64,000 nucleotides of DNA from the IMG/VR virus record IMGVR_UViG_3300010234_000009, positions 292-64,291 of that record. One strand, written 5' to 3'. Positions 1-9,205 of the stretch are shown here, in pieces. This DNA is from a virus. Its lineage: Duplodnaviria > Caudoviricetes. Position 1 is the stretch's first letter; every line of letters begins with the position of its first letter. Position numbers and translations under genes: made by a program. The notes below the pieces were generated by a model. It saw nothing but the letters and a program-made list of their open reading frames with translations. It did not search any database and was not told the origin of the DNA.

Positions 1-922
1 AGTACATATCGGGCGCGTTGAATCCCATCTCGGGAGGCGCGTAGTAAGGCGTCTGATAGGGTGCCGGCAGTTGTGCGTTCTGCGGGGTGTAGGCGTTCAT
101 CCCCTGCAGTTGGTTGAAGTATTCGCCGGGAGTGCCGCCGAACTGCTCTTGCACGCTGGGCGCTTCGGGTGGGTTTAGTTTCTGCTGAACCCACTGGTCG
201 AAGTTCATGCCGCCGCCGCCGGCCGGTGCTCCGCCGCCGCCTCCACCTCGCCACTGATCGGCAGTGCCGGGCATCGAAGGGGGTTGGTTCGCGGCAGCCT
301 GAGTTTGACCGTAACCGGGTGTTGAACCACCTGCGCCAACGACGTTGGGGTTGGGTCCGCTCATGCCCATTTGCACGTTGCCGCCGCCCGAGGGCATACC
401 GCCGCCCGAGCCGCCCGAGACACCCTGCCAGTAATCCGGGGTCGTGCCTGCGCCGGAAGGCATCGTGCCCATGCCACCACCACCGACCGGTGCCATCTGC
501 TGAGGCTGAGTCATCGGGGGTTGCTGCGTGTAGCCACCACCATAGCTCACCGGGGGCTGCGACATTGGGGCTGACTGGGCCTGCAGTTGCGGTGCCTGCG
601 TCATCCCTGTTGGTGAATTCATCTTGAACGATTCGGTACCCGGGATGCCCGAGAACGAATTCATGTCGTAGTTGCCCGGTGCCAGTCCAGGGATCGACGT
701 CGCGTTGACGGTGGACATATTCCGCATCTGAGGGGACCAATCCTTGTATCCCTGAGAGAGTGCCATCTGTGACACGGGAATGCCATTCTGATTGACAGCA
801 CCAGCGTTACTCCGTGTGTAGGTGCCATCGTCGTTGGCTATCATCTGTCCGGATGCAACACGCTGCTGCATCAACTGCTGAGCCATCGCCATTTGTTCGG
901 GCGTGTATTGCTGATCAAACAC
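1..922 (-). CDS. Gln/Gly/Met/Pro-rich putative internal virion (ejection) protein, truncated at the window edge
   Basis: Manual translation from GTG at 922 (overlaps the TAG of the upstream gene) gives MFDQQYTPEQMAMAQQLMQQRVASGQ... with no stop down to position 1. Absent from the ORF track because no stop lies in the window. Confidence 0.7.
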   Translation of the reverse strand, partial: MFDQQYTPEQMAMAQQLMQQRVASGQMIANDDGTYTRSNAGAVNQNGIPVSQMALSQGYKDWSPQMRNMSTVNATSIPGLAPGNYDMNSFSGIPGTESFKMNSPTGMTQAPQLQAQSAPMSQPPVSYGGGYTQQPPMTQPQQMAPVGGGGMGTMPSGAGTTPDYWQGVSGGSGGGMPSGGGNVQMGMSGPNPNVVGAGGSTPGYGQTQAAANQPPSMPGTADQWRGGGGGGAPAGGGGMNFDQWVQQKLNPPEAPSVQEQFGGTPGEYFNQLQGMNAYTPQNAQLPAPYQTPYYAPPEMGFNAPDMY

Positions 923-2433
923 TATCCAATGCTCCCGATGAGGTTTAGCGCTGGCATGATGTAGCCGGCCGCTTGGTTGAGTTGGTCACCGCGAAGGTTG
1001 CCCATCTGCTGCATCTGGCCGAGTGCCAGGTTTCCACGCATCTGATTGATCGACTGACCCAGTTGAGCCTGCGCCGGCATCAGCCCGGTTTGCATGTCCA
1101 TCTGAGCGGTTGTGTTCGCCATGTTGTTCGCGGCCGATCCGATACCCGCCAGTTCGGCACCCGCGCCCGGACTCATCTGGAACGGGGTGTTAGGCATCGT
1201 CGGAGTACCCATCTGACCGAGGTTTTGGGCAGCACCTTGGATCGCTCCCTGCGTTGGTGCTTGCGCCGTGATCGGTCCTTGGGTGGTTGCAAAACCGGGT
1301 GCTCCCCCCGCTCCGCCAAGCGGAGGCGATGCACCCGGTAATGCTGAGAATTGGCCGGTGCCGATGTCTTGAAATCCAGACATTCCCCCGCTGGCACCGC
1401 CGCCCATTCCCCCAACCATTCCCCCGACCTGACCGAGAACGCCCGGTATCATGTTCCCCATGAAGTTCAGCTTGTCGTAGTTCCAATCGTACTGACGGTC
1501 GAGTGCGTCATTGCGGTAGCCGTACTCCCGACCCATTTGTTCCTGAGCAAGCCCGGTGTTCTGCATCAGTTCTGCGTTCTTGAAACCATAGAGCGCATCC
1601 CGATCCAACCCAGCGTTGGTGTACTGTCGCTGGTTCATGACGTCAGTGAGGTTCGTCTGCTGGTTCGCAAGGTTCTGCGTTAGCTGCCGGTCATACCCCG
1701 AGTTGAGGTAGTCCAGGTTCATGCCCTTGTCGCCCAGCATGATGTTCTGATTGTGCATCTGTGCTTGAAGGTCTTGCCCACGACCACCGAGCGTGTAGTC
1801 CATATCCTGCCCACGGGATGCAACCGCGGTCTGCTGGTTCATGCCAGTCATTCCCAGCAGCGCCTCGAGAGAGCGTTGTTGAGACGCATCGTTGTAGCCA
1901 CGCAGGTTGAACTGATCCGCCATCGCGTTGCTTGCGTTGAGCGAGTCATAGCCGAACTGCATCTGAGCGTTGCGGTCACCAACCTGCTTGGCGAGAGTCC
2001 TGTTGAGGGCAGAGTCCTCGAAACCGTACTGCATGTTCAGAGCGTTCATGCCGAGGTCGCCCTTCAACTGGCGATCCGCAGCATTGTTCTGATACATCTG
2101 GTTGCGGGACATCTGATCGTTAGCGAGATTCGCATTGCGATCCATCGTGTAGTTGCCGTACATCGCCTCACGGTCGAGTGCCGCGTTCATGAGATGGCGG
2201 ATGTCTTGTTGTTCCGCCTCACGCGCACCGACCCCAAACTGGAAGTCGTTCTGCGCACGGTTCGCGTTGCCCTGCATCGCGTTGAGGAAGTTCTGCTGCT
2301 GCAGCGCACCAACTTGTGCTTGCTGGTTGTTCTGCTGCTGGGCGAGTCGCTGGAGGGCGAGAAGCTGATTGAACTGGTCAGCGTCCATGCCGGCGGGCGC
2401 GGCTGGATTGGCAAAGACTGCTTCAAGTGCCAT
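922..2433 (-). CDS. Putative internal virion/ejection protein (Gln/Asn/Met/Gly-rich)
   Basis: 503-aa low-complexity helical ORF directly downstream of tail genes, the usual position of podovirus ejection proteins. Confidence 0.6.
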   Translation of the reverse strand: MALEAVFANPAAPAGMDADQFNQLLALQRLAQQQNNQQAQVGALQQQNFLNAMQGNANRAQNDFQFGVGAREAEQQDIRHLMNAALDREAMYGNYTMDRNANLANDQMSRNQMYQNNAADRQLKGDLGMNALNMQYGFEDSALNRTLAKQVGDRNAQMQFGYDSLNASNAMADQFNLRGYNDASQQRSLEALLGMTGMNQQTAVASRGQDMDYTLGGRGQDLQAQMHNQNIMLGDKGMNLDYLNSGYDRQLTQNLANQQTNLTDVMNQRQYTNAGLDRDALYGFKNAELMQNTGLAQEQMGREYGYRNDALDRQYDWNYDKLNFMGNMIPGVLGQVGGMVGGMGGGASGGMSGFQDIGTGQFSALPGASPPLGGAGGAPGFATTQGPITAQAPTQGAIQGAAQNLGQMGTPTMPNTPFQMSPGAGAELAGIGSAANNMANTTAQMDMQTGLMPAQAQLGQSINQMRGNLALGQMQQMGNLRGDQLNQAAGYIMPALNLIGSIG

Positions 2434-2524
2434 CGGATACTCCTACGGGGATTGGTCTGCTATCCCCCGCAGGATCGCACCGAAAATACTACACGAGAGA
2501 GGGCCGGGTGGTCAAATGGGAAAC

Positions 2525-4876
2525 CTAGAGGGAAACGCCGCTACCGCTGTTGTAGAGGTCCGTAACCGCTTGTGCCGAGAGTTTGCGGTTGTAGCAAGCG
2601 ATCTGAGACACATCGACGGTTCGGGTCGAATCACCAATGGAGTGGATCGAGAACAGGTCCTCGGCGGAAGGCTCCGGTGAGAATGTCCAATTGCTTGGCG
2701 AACTGTCGGTCGTGTCCAGGGTGCCATTCAAGTAGTATTTCATTTCTTCTGCCGCGCTGTCCCACGTGAAGACGGTGTGATAGCAAGTGGTGGTACCGAG
2801 TGCGTCAAGGAAGATGAACGTGTTGCCTGACGATGTCGCCTCTTTTGAGTATTGGGCACCAAAGAACACCGAGGTTGAACCGAACGTCGATTCCTGCCAG
2901 TACACAACCAGGTGGGCACCGGTATCGGATCGTATGACCATCTTCGCGACGTTGTCCGAGTCCACTTCCCACGACGTCGGCGCACGCCACCAAAACGACA
3001 TCGACCAATCCGAGTCGGGATTGAACGCCAGCGTGTCCGACCGCATCGCCTTGACCGTCGTGCCGCCCAGGCGAAAGGCGTTGCCCAGTGGACCGCAGGT
3101 GAATGACCCGTTGCGAGAAACGTCCGATGACTCGATGTCTGATAGCAGGGCACCACTTGCCAGTTCCGCAGTGCCAGCCACAGACGAGATAGGTTCCCAC
3201 ACCCGCTGCAGTCCGTAGTGAACCGTATCGACGATGGAGTTAGCGAGCGGGGTGATCCGCATGGTGGACTCGGTGACATTCTGCAGGGTGTCAGAGCCGC
3301 TAACCCGAGTCATGACGAGTTTGTACTTGTTCCCCACTGCGCTATCGAGTTGCACCTCCAGGTGACCGCAACCAATCCCCGTGCCCACGTTGGGAAGGTA
3401 GATGCTTATTTCACCGTCGTTGACATCGGAGTACCCGCCGCCATCGTCGCACTGCAGCTTGACCGTCGCGGTGTTCTCGCCACTGGGGCTGCCACCGTTC
3501 ACGTCCAGGCAGACCTTGGCCGACACGGCAATCGCGCCATCAACCATCGTGGTCACTTCATCCGAGGCGAAGGTGCCGATGCTGCTCGAGGCCAGTTCCG
3601 CATCAAGCGGCATGTCGGCCGGCGTACCGGTGAAGGTGTGGTTGGTGGTGGATCGCGTGACGTACGGGTCGTGAATAGCCTCGACCGTTGGGACACCATC
3701 CCGATAGACGATGATCCCGTTCTCCCCGTCGGGGATCGTGCCGGTGTAGGAATTGGGGCTGAAATAGCCCAGCAGGTTGTCGTTGATCCGCTCGAAGCAA
3801 ATCCGCGTGTGCTCGGCACTGTCGTACACGCCCGACGTCAAGCACTCCACTTGGTCCTCAAGGAAGTCGGAGGCATCACCCGTATGAACCTTGACCTTAC
3901 CATCGCCACCAGCACCCGTGACGGTACCGGTGAACTCCACGTCTTTGGTGAACACCGTGTGATTGTGGATGTGCGTGCCACCCACGATGTACTCGCTGGT
4001 TGCGTCCGGGTTCGTGGTCCAGTCCTCACTCACCGTGATGACGGTTGCGGTATTGGATAGCACGTAGCGAGTCTGCCCCGCCCCGGTGCCGCTGATAATG
4101 TAGATGGGGGTTCCCTCGGTCAGTTCCCCGAACGATGCCGCCGAGTCGGTTAGCGTGTTGTCGCCTCCTGCTGTCGCGGTGTCCTTGGCCGAGTGGAAAT
4201 GGAAGTGAGTCGCACCCTCTTGGAAGAAGTTATGCTGGGCCGCGAATATCTTGTTCACGATCTGATCACCCTGCACGATGATACAGACGTTGTTCGCCTG
4301 AGCACCCACCTGCGCCTGCTTCGCGTTGGGGCGATCCCTTCTGAGGATCGGCACGAAAACCGCCACACCCTGATTGAACTGATTGAAGGCGTTATGTGCC
4401 CGCCCCTTCTGGATGTTCACGGGCGCGGCTGCGATGTCATCCCAGTTCTCGGGTAGCTCAAAGAATCCAAAGTTGTTGAGCGTCTTGAGGGCAGCGTAGA
4501 TGTCAGTTCGAGCGTTGAAGTCTGCGTTTTGAAACGAGAGGGGAATCTGCAGCGGGATACCGTACCGAGGCCAACCATTCTGAGAGAATCCCGAGGGGAA
4601 GCCCGGGTTCCACTGGTTTGGAAACGAGAAGTCGTTGTTGTAGCCACCGAGTTGATCACCGGCCTCACCACCTGCTTCGGGCGTATGCAGCTTAGGCAAC
4701 TTGAGGCCCGAGAGTCCCAAGCGTTCCGGCTCGGTCCCGTTAATCTCAAACGTGGTGGGTCCGCGGTGCTCAAGTTCCGCAGTGCATTTGCCGAATAGCT
4801 CGATCATCGAATCAACCAGGTGGTCGTATCCGAGGCCGCGCTGCTTGTTAAATTCGTCTACTCGTGTTGTAAACAC
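2525..4876 (-). CDS. Tail fibre/receptor-binding-like protein with C-terminal LamG/concanavalin-A-like domain
   Basis: 783 aa. C-terminus has LamG hallmarks (WSMSFWW...HTVFTWD...YYLNG...IACYNRKLSAQAVTDLYNSG). Located in the tail operon. Confidence 0.65.
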   Translation of the reverse strand: MFTTRVDEFNKQRGLGYDHLVDSMIELFGKCTAELEHRGPTTFEINGTEPERLGLSGLKLPKLHTPEAGGEAGDQLGGYNNDFSFPNQWNPGFPSGFSQNGWPRYGIPLQIPLSFQNADFNARTDIYAALKTLNNFGFFELPENWDDIAAAPVNIQKGRAHNAFNQFNQGVAVFVPILRRDRPNAKQAQVGAQANNVCIIVQGDQIVNKIFAAQHNFFQEGATHFHFHSAKDTATAGGDNTLTDSAASFGELTEGTPIYIISGTGAGQTRYVLSNTATVITVSEDWTTNPDATSEYIVGGTHIHNHTVFTKDVEFTGTVTGAGGDGKVKVHTGDASDFLEDQVECLTSGVYDSAEHTRICFERINDNLLGYFSPNSYTGTIPDGENGIIVYRDGVPTVEAIHDPYVTRSTTNHTFTGTPADMPLDAELASSSIGTFASDEVTTMVDGAIAVSAKVCLDVNGGSPSGENTATVKLQCDDGGGYSDVNDGEISIYLPNVGTGIGCGHLEVQLDSAVGNKYKLVMTRVSGSDTLQNVTESTMRITPLANSIVDTVHYGLQRVWEPISSVAGTAELASGALLSDIESSDVSRNGSFTCGPLGNAFRLGGTTVKAMRSDTLAFNPDSDWSMSFWWRAPTSWEVDSDNVAKMVIRSDTGAHLVVYWQESTFGSTSVFFGAQYSKEATSSGNTFIFLDALGTTTCYHTVFTWDSAAEEMKYYLNGTLDTTDSSPSNWTFSPEPSAEDLFSIHSIGDSTRTVDVSQIACYNRKLSAQAVTDLYNSGSGVSL

Positions 4877-7464
4877 TATCCGGTTCCCTTGACTATCAGG
4901 TCGTAGATGTCGATGGCGTCGTCACCCTTGAACCCATTCAGTTCGGGAGTGGCCCAACGCTCACCATCCATTCGATCCTCGTGCCGACCACCAACACCAG
5001 CCCACGCCCAACCCGGCCGGGAGTTGCTGTTATCGTCGGTTGTCCCGAGAGGAACATCGATGTCCACCGAGTTGGCGGTGCGTGTGATGCGACCACCAAA
5101 GTCCTCGCCGTGCGTCACGTCCTGAGACTTCGCGGTCGTCTCGTGGTTCACGTAGTGCCGCAGGATCAAGTTGTTGGCATTGGTCGTAGGCTCAAAGGTT
5201 AACTCGAATCCACGCTCGTGCTCAGTCTTGCCGGGTGCCATAGCGAAGATACCGCCTCGGAAGTCGTACTCGATGGCGCCCACCAAATACGTGCTCGTGG
5301 TATCGGGCTGCGTCGTCCAGGCAGAACTTACGGTGAGTACGGTTCCGGTGTGAGAAGCGATTGCGCGAGTCTGCCCTTTGCCGGTTCCTCCAGTAATGGC
5401 AACGATTGTTCCCACAGGGATGGCTGCAAAGGATGCACCGGAATCCGTGAGGGTAGACGCTCCCCCCGCTGTCGCCGTGCCCGAGAACGCCGTGGCGAGG
5501 AGGTCCGGACCATCTTGATTAACCTCGAGAACACGCTCATTGCTGCCTCCCAGTAGCGTGGTAATCGCACCTGAAATCTCCACCTTGCCCGAGTCGCCGA
5601 TCCCATCGGGATAGCTCTCGGTCCACCACTGGCTGGTGCGAATGTTGAACACCAACGCGCGGGTGGGGTAGGTTCCCGAGTCGCCCGTGAAGGCAACAAA
5701 GAAGTAGACCAGGTCATGCACCTTGTCGGTCACGACGCTGAACCAATCTTGCTTTGACCAATCGATTGTGTCTCGGAAGATGTCTTGAATCGCCACGCTG
5801 ATCGGCGCCTCTCCCCCGCTGAGGTCCATCGACCACGCACCGCTGTTGTCCATCAGGTACGCCTTCCGCTCGTGGAAGTCGTAGCAGCGAGGATTGCACG
5901 CGCCACGCTCCGAGATGAGCCTCGGGCCGCTCACGTCGATAAGGGGCTGAGAGACGAACGAGAGGGCGTACACGTGACGACTCTTGAGGATGTAGAGCAC
6001 CGCCCCAAACGGCATGAGGCCGGTTATCTCGTCGTCGTCGTCGGTGTTCTCTTGCATGTCGATGACGTTGGTGCGAGGCACACTCTCCGGTTCATCGACC
6101 TCGGAGAAGTAGATCGCGTTGCGTTCCGTGGGGGAGGATCGGATTGCGAACGTGTCGGCCGACCATGCCTCATCGGTTTCCTCTGCCAACGTGAGGGACG
6201 TTGTCGAACCGACCGAGTCAATCAGGTGACCCTTAGAGCCGCCATCGACGTAGATGTAGCGACCCGCCATCGCAGTCTCAAAGTTCGTACCCGAACCGGT
6301 GACCGTCGCTGAGCCACTGCTGGCAGAGACAGTCCCCTCGGAGTAGACAACATCCACGCCGTACCAAAAGCGATCCTGAAACGATTTGCAGACCGCTTTC
6401 CAGTTGGGAGGCGGGGCGAATCGATTGGCCCAAATAGAACCATTCGCATTGAGCACCGGCAGACGCAGGTTGCTATTATCTTTCGCGGCCTCTTGGAGTG
6501 TTGAGTCCGAGGACGTGTCTTCCATGTACCCCTCGAACACCCAAGTCCCGCCGGTTCCGTCTGACGTATAGGTGTCGTCGGTAACGACGGTTGTAGCGGT
6601 GACTGCGGTAATCTCGTGCGTTTGGTTGTAGTCGCCTACGCTGTGACCGCTGACGGTGATCCGCGCACCAACGGTGAGGGTATGACCGGCTGGCAAAGTA
6701 AACTCCACATTGCCGCCATTCGTGGCACTGGTGGTTATAGTACCGTCGATCTTCCACTGCCCGATGCGATAGAGGACGTTCGGTGCTTCGCTTGCGCTTC
6801 GCCATATTTCAACCTTCTTGATGCGAGATTGAGATGAGACTGCCAGTCCGGTGTGTTCAAACTTGTCGCTCGTAGCTGCCGTGTGCGCAACCAGGGTGGA
6901 CAAGCTGGAGTATTGGGTCGGTGGCAAGCGATCATCGACGTAGCGATACGCCATCACGTAGTCCCCAGCGGTTGCCGCTCCGCCGGTCGGGGAAGCAACG
7001 CTATGGGTGGTCGTGGGTGGATCGATCCCCAGTTCCACGGGGGTCGCCTCCAGACCATCCCACAGAAGACCACGCTCCATGCCACTGGTGATGATCGCCC
7101 GGCCGCGACGATCCTTCTCGAAGTGCCAGCGTCGGTAGGTGTTCAGCCCGGTTTGCAAACTGGTGGATGATCCACCCCGACGGAAGCTGAGACGCCCATC
7201 ACTCTCCACACACAAGACGCCGTTGCCCTCGGGACGCACGTACCCGTAGATCGAAATAAGGGAGTCCGTTCCCGGCGAACCATCCGTGAAGTTGCTGGAA
7301 CTTTGCACCCCACCGCGCACGGAAAGAACACCCTCCCGTAAGCACTGGAGGTTGTTTTGAATCTGTGCTCCACCCTCGGGGATGTCGTGAGGGTCGGCGT
7401 TGGACATTCTGCCCAACCACTTGCCGAGAGGCTTGTCCCGGCCGGCTTTCAGGTGAGTAAGCAT
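4876..7464 (-). CDS. Tail nozzle/tubular protein B-like (P22 gp10-like stabilization protein) with inserted beta-rich modules
   Basis: 862 aa, follows the adaptor gene. Beta-propeller-like segments (FQDRFWY, IYFSEVDEPES, ITGLMPFGAVLYILK) typical of podovirus nozzle proteins. Confidence 0.6.
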   Translation of the reverse strand: MLTHLKAGRDKPLGKWLGRMSNADPHDIPEGGAQIQNNLQCLREGVLSVRGGVQSSSNFTDGSPGTDSLISIYGYVRPEGNGVLCVESDGRLSFRRGGSSTSLQTGLNTYRRWHFEKDRRGRAIITSGMERGLLWDGLEATPVELGIDPPTTTHSVASPTGGAATAGDYVMAYRYVDDRLPPTQYSSLSTLVAHTAATSDKFEHTGLAVSSQSRIKKVEIWRSASEAPNVLYRIGQWKIDGTITTSATNGGNVEFTLPAGHTLTVGARITVSGHSVGDYNQTHEITAVTATTVVTDDTYTSDGTGGTWVFEGYMEDTSSDSTLQEAAKDNSNLRLPVLNANGSIWANRFAPPPNWKAVCKSFQDRFWYGVDVVYSEGTVSASSGSATVTGSGTNFETAMAGRYIYVDGGSKGHLIDSVGSTTSLTLAEETDEAWSADTFAIRSSPTERNAIYFSEVDEPESVPRTNVIDMQENTDDDDEITGLMPFGAVLYILKSRHVYALSFVSQPLIDVSGPRLISERGACNPRCYDFHERKAYLMDNSGAWSMDLSGGEAPISVAIQDIFRDTIDWSKQDWFSVVTDKVHDLVYFFVAFTGDSGTYPTRALVFNIRTSQWWTESYPDGIGDSGKVEISGAITTLLGGSNERVLEVNQDGPDLLATAFSGTATAGGASTLTDSGASFAAIPVGTIVAITGGTGKGQTRAIASHTGTVLTVSSAWTTQPDTTSTYLVGAIEYDFRGGIFAMAPGKTEHERGFELTFEPTTNANNLILRHYVNHETTAKSQDVTHGEDFGGRITRTANSVDIDVPLGTTDDNSNSRPGWAWAGVGGRHEDRMDGERWATPELNGFKGDDAIDIYDLIVKGTG

Positions 7465-8675
7465 TACAGTCCCGGTAGGGCTTGATTAGAACCAAAGTTG
7501 TATCCGTCCACGTTCCCAAGCAGGCTGCGTGAGGGACCGTATCCAGAACCCGACTGGCGCGGCATGGTCAGCTTGGAGTCAGACTTCTTGGCATCGTTCG
7601 CAGCCATGAAGAACTGGCGTTGCCGATCCGCGATGGTTGCTGGGTCCGCGATCATCACGGCCAGCATATGCTCGCACGACCGCAGCAAGGCGTTCTCCAT
7701 CGCACCGTGCTCGATGTCGAGGTGGCTGCTGATCGTGTACTTCACACCCGCGAGAGTCGGCGCGGCATCCACGAGTGTGAGGGAGGTAGCACTCGCAACC
7801 GCCTTGATGATGTGCTCCTGCGCTGCAGGGTTTGTCCCCTCGGGCGAGGTCGGCCCATTACTGGCGTCACCCAGTCGCAAGACAGAACCCACCATCGTGG
7901 AGTCAAAAGTCGTGCTGCTTCCCGTAACTGTCGTGGTGCCATTCGTAGTCACGGTGCCTACGCTGGCCTTGGTTTCCTGCCCGGTGAGAGTCGGGTCGGT
8001 CGCCTTCTTCTGATACAAGAGCGAGATGTAATCCGCCTCAGTGGGGTAACCAACCGTGCGAACTACCCACCCACCAGGTCGATCAGGGTCTTGCATGATC
8101 GTCCAGTAGAACGGACCCCCGATGTTGCCATAACCTTGCTCGTAGGTGTGCCAGTCATCCGGCTCCACGTAGGCATAGCTCCAAGGGTTGTTGCGTTCCT
8201 TGATGTGGTTCGCACCGTTGAAGTCATCGGGCAGCGGGTAGGTGTTGCGGTACAGCGTCCAGTCTGTTGTTGCCGCGACATCCGCCCGAGGGTTGATCTG
8301 ATCGTCCAGCGTGAACACGGTCGTGCTAACGTACGTGTCCACAGCGTAGATTTCACTCGCCAGCGAGAACCGCCCGTGACGAGGGTTATCCGACAACCAG
8401 GATGGCACCAACGTATCGGAGATAGTTACCTCTCGCTCGTTGGTACCGCCCGTGTGGTCGTACGTCGCAGTTGCCGTAGTGCTCTCAACTGCGACGTCCA
8501 AGGGCAGCTTGTGCTCGTAGAGGTAGTATCGCCAATCGTGATACTCCACCAACTGACGAACGCCTTGACGAACCGCACGCTTGAGAACACGCAGTTGCTC
8601 CGAACCGACCCCACCGAACTTGACGTCGGTAAGGTGCTCGATGATGTCGTTGAAGGTGACAAGCGCGATTGTCAT
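7464..8675 (-). CDS. Head-tail adaptor/tail tubular protein A-like
   Basis: 403 aa. Helical N-terminus (LKRAVRQGVRQLVEYHDWRYYL), YPLPDDF motif, position between portal block and nozzle. Confidence 0.55.
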   Translation of the reverse strand: MTIALVTFNDIIEHLTDVKFGGVGSEQLRVLKRAVRQGVRQLVEYHDWRYYLYEHKLPLDVAVESTTATATYDHTGGTNEREVTISDTLVPSWLSDNPRHGRFSLASEIYAVDTYVSTTVFTLDDQINPRADVAATTDWTLYRNTYPLPDDFNGANHIKERNNPWSYAYVEPDDWHTYEQGYGNIGGPFYWTIMQDPDRPGGWVVRTVGYPTEADYISLLYQKKATDPTLTGQETKASVGTVTTNGTTTVTGSSTTFDSTMVGSVLRLGDASNGPTSPEGTNPAAQEHIIKAVASATSLTLVDAAPTLAGVKYTISSHLDIEHGAMENALLRSCEHMLAVMIADPATIADRQRQFFMAANDAKKSDSKLTMPRQSGSGYGPSRSLLGNVDGYNFGSNQALPGL

Positions 8676-8677
8676 GG

Positions 8678-9193
8678 CTAGGCCAATTCGTTGAGGTCAA
8701 TGTCGAGTACAACGGTGAATACCTCAGCGCTCACTCCGCTCATGGCGTTGCGAACGACGAGAACACCGTACAGGTCACGAACGCTGTCGCCTTCACACAC
8801 AAACTGAATGGGCAACTCCGCAGCGTCCGCGATGTAGACGCGATTGTTCGCGGTATCCTTCTCGGTCGTAAACGAGAGGACGCCCAGCAGACCATTGGTC
8901 AGTTCCGCATCCGATGGGGCAAAGGCAGCGTTGTCATTCTGCGAGGCGATGGCAGCATCGAATACCCACAACTCCAGGTCGCCCGGTGTGGCGGCGAGGC
9001 CACTGCAAATGAGGATCGCGTTGGTGATGTAGCCCTTGCCGTTGGTTTCGGCAGCAGCCACATTCTCGAACGTGATGTTTGGCTCACCACTACTGGTAGC
9101 GTTTGCGATCACGTCGCCGGCCGCATAGGCATTGGTGTCAGCGGTACGTGTCAGTGATCCACGGACCTTCTTTGTCGCTGCAAACTTACGCAT
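8678..9193 (-). CDS. Hypothetical virion-associated protein
   Basis: 171-aa ORF tightly packed in the structural operon (TRTADTNAYAAGDVI motif). Confidence 0.55.
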   Translation of the reverse strand: MRKFAATKKVRGSLTRTADTNAYAAGDVIANATSSGEPNITFENVAAAETNGKGYITNAILICSGLAATPGDLELWVFDAAIASQNDNAAFAPSDAELTNGLLGVLSFTTEKDTANNRVYIADAAELPIQFVCEGDSVRDLYGVLVVRNAMSGVSAEVFTVVLDIDLNELA

Positions 9194-9205
9194 GGTAGTT
9201 CTCCG

